Shown here one piece after another: positions 43,771-57,800 of a DNA stretch of 64,000 nucleotides; the stretch's first letter is position 1; each line of letters begins with the position of its first letter. The translations under genes and the position numbers were made by a program. Below the pieces are notes generated by a model. It made no database searches. It saw only the letters and a list, made by a program, of their open reading frames with translations, and was not told the origin of the DNA. The DNA comes from Podarcis bocagei. Its lineage: Eukaryota. The stretch is taken from assembly GCA_964188305.1 (NCBI GenBank), contig OZ076885.1; one strand, given 5' to 3'.

Positions 43771-45986
43771 TAACACTTTTAAAAACCAGGAGAGGTCCTC
43801 TCTACCAGGAACAGGGGAGAAAATCAATTCGATTTTCATTTAAAACTGAACTGATCAGAATCACACTTTCTGAAATAATATGAGACAGAAACCCCAGCCC
43901 CCTACAAAATCCACACTTTCCCAAATTTTGTAATGCAGTTCTCCAGCGTTTACCCAAACGTGTGCTAGGGGGAAATGAGCATAAAAATGAATATATTAGT
44001 GGAAATATGATACAAGAAGGCATTACGTTAGGGGAAATTAGTTGCAAAAACAATGTGCACATTTTTGAAAACTGCATGTAAAAATGTGTTTCTTAGGAGA
44101 AATTCGCACAGGAGAAACCTTGAAATTGGGGTCCTGGACCCTAGCTTCACTATAAAGGCTCAGAACCTCTTCTCGCCCCTCAGAAACCTGAAATCATTTG
44201 ACAAGAAAAGCCACCCAGACTAAGCAGAGAGGGGGGGGGGAAGGAGGCTGCTTGCTATCTTCTCCTAGGATAGCCTTCTTCAAGCTGGTGCTCTCCGCGT
44301 CTTTTAGACTACAGCTGCCATCCACTTTCGCCTGCACATTCTGCTACCCCCAAAGATCTAGAAGGCACCAGCCTGGGGAAGGCTGCTCTGGGCAAGACAA
44401 TGCTGGCATGAAGCCGAGGGCTAGAGCAAGGACAGATGGGAGTCCAAAGCAGGCCCTGGATCTCCCCGGAACCACCTCCTTACCTTTGCTGCGGTGTCTG
44501 TTTGGTGGGCACACAGCACCTTGGAGACGGACTGTGCCTGAACAGAGCAAGCAGCGGGGTGACCTTTGGACCCTCCTTCCCTCGGCACGGAATGCCATCG
44601 CCACCTGCCTTCGCCATATAAGGGCAATCGTGTCTAAGAACGGAAGAATGGCAGAGTGAGCCCAAGGTCCTTTGACACACGAGCATTGGCACACGAGCCT
44701 CATCTCACTCCCCATGTGTGCACACACCTGAGCGGAAATTGCTGAAATGTCCAGGTGCATGGCAGTCCATGTCGCTTTAGTACATTTCAGCGAAGTTCAT
44801 TTAAAAAGCTCACTTTCAGTTCTTGAAATATAGCAACCCTAGCCCAACCTCCTACAATGCTGGAATCTCAACGAAAGCATCCATGACCACCTAACCTCTG
44901 CTTAAAACCCTCCAAGGAAAGAGAGTCGACAAATAGAAACATTGAAAGAAAGAACTGGGCAAACCTTTGCAGTTTTGATTCTTAAAAAAGACAGCAAGTT
45001 TTGGCAACAAATTAAGATGCAGGTGGAAATATATCACAATCAATGCACCAGGCTTGTAGATGTGGGGGACGGGGGTAGGGGAATAGTGGGAAGGTATTAT
45101 TAACAGTGAGCCAGTAATCTGTTGACTTTTTGAACTGCACCCTTCTTCTAAACACATTCTATCTTTTACCCCCAACATCAGTCAGCACCAACTGTCCATT
45201 CTGCAGGGGAGCATATTGTGATCCTTGCACACAGTCATAAAAAAATCTGTAGGGTATGGCATGCTCATCTTAAATTTTCAAATTAAATTGTCCTTCAGCA
45301 GTTAATGTTGCACATTAAGATGCATTTATAATTCATATACATTCTGAAGAGTCATAATTAAATTTATTTTCATAATCATGTTTCATCTCCAATCAGAAGG
45401 CATGTGATTGGATATTCTGTGTAGATGAGTTCTCTTATAAAACTTAGGGAACTTCCAGACCACCTGTCTGGTGAACATTCATCCTTGTGTGGGAGATTGT
45501 ATGACATGGCTAACTCCTCCTGACCCTGGTGAACTGGAACACACACAAAACATGGAATGGGCTCCCCAGCTTTGTACACATTACACAGCAGCCCATCTGG
45601 AAGTGCCCTTCTACTCTTGGCAGAAGCAATATCTTCCTTTACAGCCACACCTAGCTCCGAAAGTCTCCCTCAGTCATCCTACGGCTCTAACCATGCGATT
45701 AACAGCTGTCAGTGACCCCGTGAAGGGCCAAAGGCCTTCTCTTACTCTGGCAGTGATCTTTTTATGGCTCTGGGGAAACGCTCGATTTATCTTATCTCTG
45801 CTGTTGAGCTAGCAGAAATAAATCTCTCTCCAATACAACTCCTGCTGTCAACCGCTCATTCCTATCTACCTAATTGACAATGTACTAGAAGGGAAGGAGT
45901 TTTAACAATTTTCAATCCACAGTTCAAGCCACAATCAAGGCAGCTTACAACATGGAAAAGAAAGCTTAACTACAACATAACAAAAG

Positions 45987-46337
45987 GAAAAGAAGGGACC
46001 CCTGACCATTAGGTCCAGTCGCAAATGACTCTGGGGTTGTAGCGCTCATCTCACTTTGTTGGCTGAGGGAGCCGGTGTACAGCTTCCAGGTCATGTGGCC
46101 AGCATGACTAAGCCGCTTCTGGCAAACCAGAGCAGCGCACGGAAACGCCGTTTACCTTCCTGCTGGAGTGATACCTATTTATCTACTTGCACTTTCGACG
46201 TGCTTTCGAACTGCTAGGTTGGCAGGAGCAGGGACCGAGCAACGGGAGCTCACCCCATCGCGGGGATTTGAACCGCCAACCTTCTGATAGGCAAGCCCTA
46301 GGCTCTGTGGTTTTACCCACAGAGCCACCCACATCCC
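45987..46337 (-). mobile_element. Full-length Sauria SINE
   Basis: tRNA-like head GGGATGTGGGTGGC..GGTTCAAATCC, typical Sauria body, TSD (C)ATAACAAAAG at 45976-45986 and 46337-46347. Confidence 0.85.
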
Positions 46338-47339
46338 ATAACAAAAGTAGTCATAAATAAATCTCAAGATCTAAAATAAAGATACAAAAAAACCAACAAC
46401 ACCCAAGAGCAACAATAACAATAACCCACCATCAAAAAAACCAAACACCACCCCAGCCCAAGACTCTGTATTTGCTTATAAGGAAATGCCAAGCGATAAG
46501 CAATCAATTGGTGGAAACGATCAGGACTCTCATAAGCAATGCTCAGAACAGCATTGTAACTTAAAATAATTTCATCCCCCTCCGGCCCAAACCAGCCCTG
46601 AAAGGGAAATCTACAATTAGGCTCTCCCATGGCTACTGTTTTGCTAACTGGCAACCCCACTGAGTGGTTCTGAAGATCAAGGACAAGGGTGTGGTGCCCG
46701 TTATCCTGTTGCTCCAGGACAGGGCATGTACCGTAACTCTTTCCTCGGTGTAAATTTCCCCACCTCCCCCACCTCCCAAGCTGCTATGAGTGGGAGGGGC
46801 ATGGGAAAGAGAGGAGCAGATGAGATTCTTGCATCTGCAGTGCTAATAGGTAGAGGGTGGGAGGAGGAAACAGCCTCTCCCAGAGCACAAAGTCCCAGTC
46901 TTCAAAGCAACCACTGAAAGTAAATCACCAACACCACCGGACAGCAGTCACATGCAGAAAAGCACACTCTGGTAACCAGCAGCCTTGATTACTACAATGT
47001 GTTATATATGGGGATGCCTTTGAATATGTTTTAAGGAATGTCAGTTAGTTTAAATAAAGCAGCCATGCTGTTAAAAGGCTCCTGTCCTAAGGAACATATC
47101 CTGCTCATTTGGAAGTTGCTTCACTGGCTGCTTATTTGTTTCCATTGAGCTTGTCAACTGCAGATTTCAACCCATATCTTACTCCATGGTCAGCCCCACA
47201 TTCTACCCCTGGCACCGCTCCAGCTCATTGAACTATTGCATCAGCCTAACACAGATGAAAACATCATCTAGGCATCATTTGTAAGAACACGATTCCATGC
47301 AGGGCAAAGAGGAAAAATCTTGTAGGACAGGTGACTGAA

Positions 47340-47544
47340 TAGGCTTGCCATACCTCTGGGAAATCCTGGACGCGTCCTCTTTTGGGGGGCCAACATACCC
47401 ATCTGGGGGGATTTTTACATTTTAAAAAGGAATGTCTGGAATTTTTCTTTTGTTTTTTTTTGGGGGGGGAGGGTGGCGGCTTGGGCGCAGGCGCTCGGGC
47501 ATGGGCTGTCTGATTTTTTTGCTCTTCAAGATATGGCAATCCTA
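47340..47544. mobile_element. hAT-type non-autonomous element
   Basis: Imperfect TIRs TAGGCTTGCCATA / TATGGCAATCCTA, 8-bp TSD TGACTGAA. Confidence 0.75.
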
Positions 47545-48867
47545 TGACTGAAAACTTTGGCCCTCTAGATGGTGCTGAAGTACAACTCCCATCATCCTTG
47601 GCCATTGGCCCTGCTTGCTGGGGCTGATGGGAGTTGTAGTTCAACAACATCTGGATGGCTGAAGGTTTGCCACATCTGGTTACTGACAAGGTTACTGACA
47701 GGAAGGCCAGGATCTAGGATACTCGTGGGTGAGGGGAAGATACTGGAGTGGTCTTATTTAGGAGAATACCAGTGGTTTCAGATGAACAGAAGAAAGTCTG
47801 TTCCCTATTACCTAGCTGATCCCCAGCAGCTTATTCAAATATTAACAAGCAATTTCCTACTTTTATTACTTTTATCGCTTGAGGGAAAACAAACAGTGTA
47901 TGGAGAAGAGAAACCATTTATGATGTCGACTCTGCCCCTGGCCTGTGGACTATCATCTTTTGCAGTGCCTTGGAGGGATAAAGGAATTAGAGCATGTGTA
48001 GTAATCTTAGGACACCCACACTAGAGACAGGATAAAATTTGAACTAAGATTTTTGGCTTATTAAAGGGACACTGTGTACACGAAGGACTACTGATACTCA
48101 CATTGGGGTCTTAAAAGTGTTGACTGTTTCTGAAGACTCAAGAGGCACGGTTGCTGCCACTACCCTCTGCCACTACCTCAGCCAAATATTCCCACAACTC
48201 AGTCCGGCTGTTAGGGACAATATATCTCTGTACTCCAAATCTTCTCCAGTTGTGCTTCTGGCTGCTTGGACAGTTTAGCCAGTTTAGATATTTATTGAAG
48301 GCACCCTCTCAGACTAACTCAGCTACCAGCTCCCTTCCTTCATCTTCTCTAGGCGAGTGTTGATAAAACACAGAGTATTAATATACAGGCCTCAATTGCT
48401 GCCTGGAGCTAATGGGAATTGGAATGCAAGACCCTCCGAAGGGTCACAGGTTTCCCACCTCTGCTTCAAGGCCCCAATTAACCCAACTATATTTCTTAAG
48501 CAATTACTGTTACTACAACTCCTACTAGCAGTATTTTTCTAATAATTATGCAATAGCTCAGGAGTATGAATCGGCAAACATCAGATAGTGTCTTGGTTCC
48601 ATAGGGATGCAGTCTCTATCCTTGAAGACAACCCTATCAACCAACAACCTGGCAATTGCATCTACAGCTATGAATTGGCCTTTGTTAAACACAGTGCAGA
48701 ACACTACATTACAATGATCAATTGTGAATGGTGGGGGGGAATATTTTTTGCCATTTAAACATTACTGCGTTAGTTTAATCCTTTTGCATTATGGTAAATG
48801 AATGCATCTTCTAGTTTCCTCATTCTGCTCATGCTTCTTAGACCTTTAGAATATATTCCTGCCTTGG

Positions 48868-48868
<1 letters not shown>

Positions 48869-48903
<35 letters not shown>
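48869..48903. repeat. (TG)17 microsatellite
   Basis: Direct reading. Confidence 0.95.
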
Positions 48904-48904
<1 letters not shown>

Positions 48905-49098
48905 CCAGATAATGACTGTTGGGTCAAGCCCCCTCATTTAAGAAAATGGGTGATGGAGAAATCCCAGGGTGAAATGCTTTGCTGCATTTCCATTAATTTG
49001 ACGGGGGCACATCCCTCAATCCATTGCAGAAACTGCTGGAGCACAACTCTCAAATGGCATGCTGATGCTTCAGTGGCTACATTGAAGATATGGCATAC

Positions 49099-49288
49099 CG
49101 GGGGTGCTAACTAGAATAACATATTGTGGGGGCCTAGGTAAGCCCCACCCTGCATAATCAATCACATGACACGGTGCACACACACCATTTGAATGACAAT
49201 GCCCATCACCTTTGTGGGGGCCCAGCCCCCTAAAATATTTTATTGCAGGGACCAAAGCCCCCACAGCCCGTAGGAGTTGGCTGCTATG
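49099..49288. mobile_element. hAT-type non-autonomous element
   Basis: 8-bp TSD TGGCATAC at 49091-49098 and 49289-49296, decayed TIRs. Confidence 0.65.
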
Positions 49289-51272
49289 TGGCATACAATG
49301 GAGCTGCTTCTACTTGAGTTGTTTCTGCAGTCAGGCCTGCCTGTCTCCTCTTTGCCCTGGCAGTCTGGACCCCTGTTTGGTCACCCACTCCTGTGATGAT
49401 GGGCTTCACTTTAGCCTAACTCAGCTTTTCAACCCGTGTCTCCCACATAAGAATCTTTTAAATACCTGCAACATCTCAACAAAAATGCATGTCCTCCAAT
49501 GACCCCTATTTCCTGCTTGTTAAACCATAGTTCCTATTTGGGTGCTTTTCAAAATGCTGTCTGAATGAACTGCTTCTCCACCATCCCATCCCATAACTGT
49601 CTATTCAGATAAGTAATGGTGCTGATTATGTTTCTGAGTTGCCACTATTCTGTAATTAGCGCAACCAGAATAAATTTCTTTCTTTTCCTTTTCCTTTTCT
49701 TTCTTGCATAGCAAACACCAGTTTAAACCTCTCAAGGATGAAAAAGTGAGGCATACATTAAAAATAAAAAGTAAAACTTATTATCCATGTACTAAGATGT
49801 CCACTTTCAGAAGTCAGTACAAGGTGAGTTGTCGGCTGTCAATATGATTTAATATTGCATAGTGAGCAAAGAGCCTCTAGCAATGTATGGTGGAAGGGCT
49901 GTAGTTTAGTGATAGAGCCTCTGATTTGTATGCAGAAAGTTCCAGATTCAATTCCCAGCATCCCCAGAAAAGGCTGGTAATGTCCCCTTGTCTGAAACCC
50001 TGGAGAGCTGCTGCCAATCACCATCTCCTCAAAAGGCAGAAAATCATTGTTTTGCGCAAAATTCTGGTTTTCCAATTATTGCCATCTGACCAACCCATTG
50101 GTTGCCAACTCACAAGTAAACAAAAAACAGCCTGGCCTGCTCTTGTGATGTTAACAACAGCTTGATATGAAGAAATCAGAAGGTGAAGCTTTTCACAGCA
50201 AAGAGATAAACATCACCACTGACTGTCTGGATCCTAAGCTGTTTTCCAGAGAGACAGCTACAGTGGCCAGCGAATAAGTTGGCAATCCTACCTGCCCCAC
50301 CTTCTGACATTCCAGCTCATGACCCCTTCGGTGCAAAGACAACAGCCTCAGAGCTTACCTGATGCAGGAGCAGATGCCAAATATTTTTAATACCCCCAAA
50401 TTATTAATTCGGTTCTGTAGTTTGTTGCTGGTTGTTGTTGCTATGCCCTAGTCTGTGTGGGAGAAGCAGAACGGTCTGGGTGAGGGAGGGTGGCAAAGCC
50501 AGCAGCCTAGGCATGGATTATTCCTGCTCCAGTAGACAGCCAGTTAACACCCCCCTTTGTGGCCCCCAATGAACTGAATTCCAGCAAACACTATTTAAAA
50601 GGCGGTGTGGGGAAGACAGAAGCTCATGCAGTGGGGGGGGGGGGGAGAGAACAGAGAAAACAAAGGCCAAGTCAAGCCTAACTAGGAGGAACAGAGCCAG
50701 ACAGAGACTGAGGAACAAACAAACAAGATGAAGAAAATTGGCCCTTCTGCAGCCTCTGGGTGGAACTAATGGGTTAGATCCAAAGCACAATAGAAAAGAT
50801 GAACTGAATGTGCAGGGACAAAACTTCAAGGCTGAACCATCCCTCTTCACTTGACTGGCCCTATCATTAGGCAGAGGGAGGCATCTGCTTTAGGCAGCTG
50901 CTTTGTGGTGTCATAAAAGGGCTACAGATTTTTTAAATTTTCGCTTTAGGTGCAAAAGTAACTTCTGTACTGGCCTTGATTAGGGGCAGGGGCAGCAAAA
51001 TGCCTTGAAGTGGCTGAAGCTGATTCCTGGTTCTGTATTCTGAGCATGGATTCTTCAGAGGCATGGTGGATTAAACCATTGCACCCAGACTCCCAAACAG
51101 GTGCAAAGAGGGACACTCAAGCTTGTAGGATTGTTGGGTCCAGACCCTCAGGCAGCTTCTGTAAATTAGAAAGTTACTTAGCAAGGGAAACCATACATGA
51201 CTTCTCTCATCATCATGATGGTCATAAACTCTCTCAACAGAGAAGCAGCAACAACAACTTTGCAGTAAGCTG

Positions 51273-51465
51273 CAGATAGGTAGCCGTGTTGGTCTGCCAT
51301 AGTCAAAATAAAAAAATTCCTTCCAGTAGCACCTTAAAGACCAACTAAGTTAGTTCTTGGTATGAGCTTTCGTGTGCATGCACACTTCTTCAGATACACT
51401 GAAACAGAAGTTGCCAGATCCTTCTATATAGTGAGAAGGTGGGGAGGGGTATTACTCAGAAGTAA
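51273..51465 (-). mobile_element. Penelope-like element fragment with 14-bp flanking direct repeat
   Basis: TTTGCAGTAAGCTG at 51259-51272 and 51466-51479; internal sequence of the reptile Penelope terminal-repeat type, including a hammerhead motif. Confidence 0.7.
51360..51397 (-). ncRNA. Minimal type I hammerhead ribozyme motif
   Basis: Minus: GTAT-CTGAAGA-A-GTGTG CATG CACAC-GAA-AGCT-C-ATAC. Confidence 0.65.
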
Positions 51466-51480
51466 TTTGCAGTAAGCTGA

Positions 51481-51836
51481 TGCGGGTGGCACTGTGGTCT
51501 AAACCACTGAGCCTCTTGGGCTTGCTGATCAGAAGGTCCATGGTTCAAATATCTGCGACAGGGTGAGCTCCTGTTGCTCGGTCCCAGCTCCTGCCAACCT
51601 AGTAGTTTGAATGCACGCCCCAAAAGTGCAAGCAGATAAATAGGTAGGTACTACTCCAGCAGGAAGGTAAACAGTGTTTCCGTGCACTGCTCTGGTTTCG
51701 GTGTTCCGTTGTGCTGGCCACATGACCCAGAAAAACTGTCTGCGGACAAACGCCAGCTCCCTCAGCCTGTAAAGCAAGATGAGCACCGCAACCCCAGAGT
51801 AGTCTGTCAGAGGTCCTTTAACTTTACCCTTTACCT
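51481..51836 (+). mobile_element. Sauria SINE
   Basis: Homologous to the 46 kb copy (GCGGGTGGCACTGTGG..GAGCTCC.GTTGCTCGGTCC..CTGCCAACCTAG), ACCTTT-like tail. Confidence 0.82.
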
Positions 51837-54800
51837 GTTGTTGTTGTTTTTTTTACTAACTTTATTTATTAGTTAAATTTCTATCCCAGTCTTTCTCCCT
51901 GGTGTGGTTGTCAGGGACTGACTGGACACTGAGGGCTGGTGGCTGGATAGTGGTGAGCGGGCATTGAGAGAAGGGGGGGGGGGGGTTGGAGACAGACTTT
52001 GAAGCAGGGATCAGTGAACTGGGGGAGCCTGTAACAGCCAGGAGATGAGAGTCAAGCAGCAGAAGCTGCTGCAGGACTGAATAGTGAGGAACAGGGGCAG
52101 GAGGAGGAAGAGATAAGTCAGACTGGTGTGGAGTCAAGGGCTTCCACACCTCCCCCCCCCACCTCTCCTGCTCCCCTGTCTCCCAGGACCAGAAGAGGAT
52201 TGAAGAGGGAGGAGCAGAAACAGGTTACACGCAGGTGTAGTCTTCGCCTGCTTGCCCACAGCTTTGGGTGGCAGATATACATAAGCAGAAGGTTGGGGGT
52301 GGGGTGGGGGGCTCCCTGTTGCTGCAACTGCCTCATCGGGTACACATCTAGGACTGATGGACATGCCTTTTCTTGCCCACCCACTTTCTGCAACAAATGT
52401 TGCAAGACCTTTCATATCAGCACCCCCAAACCACTTAGACACAGTCAAGGTGGAACCATGCCACCTTTTGCAATGGTATGGGAAATGTTGCTTCCCCAGT
52501 GGCTGTGTTCTGCCTCCACTGTCAGTGGCATTATGCCTCTGAATCCTAGTTGCTGAGAATGGCAGGTGGGCAGAGTGCTTGCAGGCTTCCCACAGGCATC
52601 TGGCTAGTCTACAGGATGCTGGACCAGATGGACCATTGGCCTGATCCAGCAGGGCTCTTCTGATAAGTTCTTAAGGCTCCAGCTTCCTTCACCCATGACT
52701 ATTGGTCATGCTGGTTGGGGCAGCTGTGAGTTGAGAGTCCAAAAATGTATGGAGGGGTACATATTCCTCATCTATTTTTCTGAGACACAGAAACCAACTA
52801 GGACATTTGGAGGCTGTGCACATATATGGGAGATGTAGAAGGAGCAGGGAACCCTCTTCTGTAATGGAGTAAAACTATTATCATTTTCTGGGAGGGGCAT
52901 GTGTGTCTGTGTGCAAAATGGCCTGGCCCATGTCAGTGGTTGTTTTCTTCTTTTGTAATCCAGTCCCATCCAGCACCCTTATCACTTTGTTGCATAATTG
53001 GGTTACTTCTGTCGGCCAGTTGAGTCCTTCTGAAGGTCACCCCAAAGTCCAGCTCAAATTGAAAGCTGCTCTACAGTCCCTCTCCACCTCTAAATATATC
53101 AGGAAAATGGTTAAATATCCTGACTGTAATGAGTTCCAGATCCAGATTATCAGATAACTTGTCACTCGCTTTGTCAATGGTTTTAAGTTGTTACCTCCAG
53201 AACTTTCTACACACGTCAATTTGGATTTGGTTTGTTCAGTTCCAAAGTTGGGAAGCTCTGCCTCCACCACCAGATGTTGGTGGCTTCAGTTCTCATCATT
53301 CCTGACCATTGGCCAATTACGCAGATGCGAAATGGGGTCTGGCAACACGTGGAGGGCCACAGGTTCTCTATCAATATGTCATTCATTTTATTTGATTTCT
53401 CACTGTCCGGCAACTTTTTCATTCTTGTTGCTCTTCTGTGCATATTTTCCAATTATAGTGAGAGATTTTTAAAAGATGAGGTGACTTTGCACAACATTGC
53501 AAATGCAGCCACACTACAGGCTTATATAAAGATACTGACGATCCTGCCTTTTTCATTTTCAACCCCTTTTCTAAAAATTCCTAACGTATAATTTGCTATT
53601 TTTTGCTGCTGAGCACTCAAGATGAATTTCAGACATATTCCAAATATGACCCAAAGATCTTTCTCATCCTGCCACAGCCAATTTAGACCCTGTCTGTGTG
53701 TTCTTAGTTTCTCAGAGGGCTTCCAGTATTCAAATGTGGAGGGAATAGTTGGCCAACGAATGTTCAAGTGTGAGGAAACAAACCTTCATAACTGGCTTTA
53801 TACTTTCAAACTGCTCAGAAGCCCTTTTGACAAGTAAGCGACATATAAATTAGACAGTAACCATAACAACCCTAAATCATAATCCTGTTTTAAGGACTAT
53901 TGCACTAATAAAATGAAATTCCCTTACCTGTATTGCATTTCTTCTTATCACCCATGATCAGCAAAGAAACAACAGCTTATGCTTTAGGTTACACAGAAAA
54001 AAAACAAGAGGCTGTTCTCATGAGTTTGTAATTTTTTTTCTTTAAAGATTATTTTACAGTTTGAATCACACAAAAAGGCACTTTTGATCTGGAATTGTGA
54101 TTTTCTTACACTCTCTCTTCCATTTGTTAAAAAAGATCAGCTTGTAGTCAACAGAAGATACACAGCATGAGTCTGAACAGGTGTGAGTGGAGAGGATCTC
54201 CATCTCCTCCAAAGGCAATCGCTCGTGGGGGCGGGGGGAGCTAGGCAGGGATGGGGAAACCTGTTGGACTCCAATTACCATCAGCCTCAGCCAATAGCCA
54301 GGAATGATGGGAGTTGTAGTCTAGCAACATCTGAGGGGCCACATTCTACCCCTTGCCAACCTGCATTAATGACCTTCCAGAGGGCAGTAAGGCATAGCTT
54401 CAAGAAGAAGCTTGTGGCGTGAGAATCTGAAGGGACAACTTTCTCTGTTACCCCAGAAAACTCAAGAGGGCAAAATGAGCCATAGTTGCAGTGATATGGC
54501 TAGCTGAAAACTTGTGGCTCTTTGTAGTTTCCAGGTCGGCACTGAAAAGGTTATCAGCTTTTACTTTTCCCAATAAAGCATGGAGTTTCCCCAATACTGC
54601 GTTAAACTTGCACGCTGTCACTGAATCTCTGCCCTGGGCATGAGGAACCTGTGACTCTCTCTTGCTGGACTCCAACTCCCATTGGCCCCAGCCAGTACTG
54701 CCGATGGTCAGGAATGATGGGAGTCGGAGTCCAGAAATGCCTGGAGGGCTTCAGGTTCCCCAGTACTCTTCTACTCTCTCTCCTTTGCTGCGAAGAAAAT

Positions 54801-57800
54801 AAATGAGAGGAGAGAGGGGTGCAATTTAATGGAAAAACGGAGAATAGCTTCACTCTTGAGCAAAAGCCATTCCCCTGTAAGGATGGGCTTGCTAGCTACT
54901 ACCTCCGCAAGTATCATTTTTGGTGTAAATAGCTAGCATCCAGTGAGAAGGGGGTAGAGGTGGATGGACAGAAACAGAGAATGTGTCTGTAGCGAAACAG
55001 GGAAAGGGAGATGTGAACAGGTTTGGATCTTCCATAATCTGATGCAGGTGGAAAAACAAATTAAAGGTGGAATAAGTGTCTTATCCTAACTACTGGCAAA
55101 CTAAGCTTAATGAATGCTGAGCTTATTGATGTGTTAAAAATGAGGAAGGGGAAATCGGCAGGCGTTTGGAGAAGGGGGAGCATACTCTCTGACAGAGGTG
55201 TCCACTCATGGGCAAAGATCACTCGCACCTTTTACACCAAGAATAATGGCAACCAACCACACAAAAACAATCACCATCTCCCAGGAACGTTGTTAAAAAT
55301 ACAGCTATAAAAATCCTCAGATGGTTTCCCTCCCTCCCCATCCCACTTCATTGTTTTTTATTTTCCATTTTTCCTAAAATATATACACATTATACATATT
55401 TATATAATCTAAAAATGTGCCCAGTTAAAATTCTTCTTTCCACATTCTGTAAAAAATTAAAATATGTTTTTTCTGCGGGGGTGCACAGGGCAACTCCCCA
55501 CACAGAGGGCTTGTCTGGATGAAACTCAGACTAGGAGGATTTTGTCTGTTGGGCATTGCAGATCATGAGTGACTCACGGCCTTGAGCAAAAGAGCACCTC
55601 AACACTGCCAGACTAGAACAATTGCTGATGTTCTGTGCAGAAGGATGAAGAGTTTCTGCCATACCACACTGCAAGAGACTGGAGAGGCCAGTGGAATTTG
55701 ATGCAATTCGGATGGTACAAACTTGGCCAAATGTAGCTACTCCAATGGGAGAGCACTGGGTAGAGCAGACTGGTGTTTGTGGCAACTTCAACTTAGAGGC
55801 AAAAACAAAGAGACTTGCAGAGCAACTCCATGGAAGTTTAATCAGAGGCAAGGCCCACTGCATTAAATGGAACATGTCTCTCAAGAAAGGGTGCACTCGG
55901 TTACAGCCGCAATTCCCCACAGCCCCAAGAGTGGTTTGCATCTTAGACTGTTGCTGTAAAAACAACAAAGTGTTAGCACCTAAGGTACCACCAAACTCTT
56001 TGTTGTTAATTTCACTTGAGTTTGGTACAGATTAGATTAAAAGATATTATGCCTAGGAATCTTCTCTATTTTGTTTTGTGCCACTTTGGCATGATTTTAC
56101 CCTTGCATTTAAATAAAAAAGTCATTTGAAAGTTAACTATTTAAATACATATTTAAATGTGCATTTTCTCTCAAAATACCTATTTATACATTTAAAATGC
56201 TGAGAGAACTGTGCTGCACATTCAAAGAAGGACTGTGGGGAGCCTGTTTTGATCCATCCGTGAGCCTAGGAGGTGCAAATCAGGGCTTTTCATGTAAAAA
56301 CCTGCAACCTTCCTCAGGCATCCCAAGGAACGACGATGGATAATGGGTATCCTGCATCCTACTGGCATAAATGCTACAAATATGCAAGCAACAAAAAGGA
56401 AAGAAAAAGGAGGGATTTTTTGTTTGTTTGTTTAAGAACATTTTCTTTCTAGGGAACGCTTGGGATTTCAATGGAGAGCGGAGGTGTATGTGTGTGTTGT
56501 GGTAGTCTTATTTTTACTGTTCCACTGGAAAAAAAAGTTTATACACAAGAAACTTTTTCTGAAAAGATATTTCCCTCCTGCCTGCTCTCATTGCTTGGTT
56601 TTAAATTTGGCAATACTAAACATTACACATTCCAGAGGGATAAATCCAGCAGCAGCTCAAGTGTGGGGAAGCTTTGGCCTTCCAGCTGCTGCAAGCATGG
56701 CCAGTGGCCAGGGATGCTGGGGGTTGTAGTTCAGCAACATCTAGAGGGGCAAAGTCTCCCCACACCTGCAGTAGCTGCTAGAAGCAGGAACGGCCCTCCA
56801 ATTGCTGCTGGACTGCAACTCCCATCTACCTTGACCATTGGCCAGGGCTGGTGGGAATTGAAGTCCAACAGCATTTGGAAGGGCAGAGGTTCCCAGCTGC
56901 TGTGTTAATGAATGCCACCCCATGCTCAAAGGTTTCTAAGCATCCAGTATCCCCCATAATGTCCAATCTGGCAGTGATGAGGTACTTCAACTATGTTACA
57001 ACAGCAATTTAGTAAGATTTAAATAGAAGGTCATAGTTTGCTGCAAAGGGCTGCTTGCTTGCACCCTGGCAGTGAGGTTCAGCATGGCGCTTTGCTCTGA
57101 CTCAACGGGCTACTCCAGGAGCCGCTACTGAGAGCCAAATCCTGCCCCATTCCTGAAACATTCCATCCTGAATGGGCTGAGGCTCTGAAGAGCCCTGGCA
57201 TCATGTCCTTTCTTAACAAAACAGCCAAGAACAATAGTAAAAAAAAAAAAAAGGCACAAGGTTTTCTTGTATCCAAAAAACATTTTAAGGCAAATTCAGA
57301 GTGGCACTGGAAAGAAACCAAGGCAAATCCATTATCTTGCAGAACAGATTGGCAGAGGACCAAGGCAATTCTACTCTGACTTAAAGATTCTCTTTCCTTT
57401 TAAAAAACAGGCTTTCAAAGCTGCTGGGCAAAGTGGGGGGGAAATATGGTTCAAAGGGAAGGAACGGCCAGCTTGATTTTGGCCAAAACCACCTTTGGGA
57501 ACTTGAAGTGGCTGGACTGTCGGCAAAGCATTGGAAACAGAGGCGCCAGCCGCCAGCACAACCCAGCATTGTGCGTCCATCCACTCTTGTCTCTTTAGGA
57601 TACCAACAGGTCCATCACTTCCAAAAGGCACAATTTCCCCCACATGCCTCAAAAGTCCAGGAGGAGAATTCCAACCACAGCCCAAAGGCAAGAGTTGCAC
57701 CTCAATGCCTTGTAAGGTTTGAAGGCACTACAGCATAAAGGGAAAACAAATAAACCCACAGCGGCAGAGAAAGAGATTGACCCCTCTCCCTGTATGGCCT

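Noticed and set aside
44198-44760. Overlapping 138-153 aa ORFs in a GC-richer patch
   Set aside because: No recognisable domain or convincing splice structure; several open frames are expected at this composition.
45987-51836. Oppositely oriented Sauria SINEs as a dsRNA pair
   Set aside because: About 5 kb apart, diverged, and with no evidence that they share a transcript.
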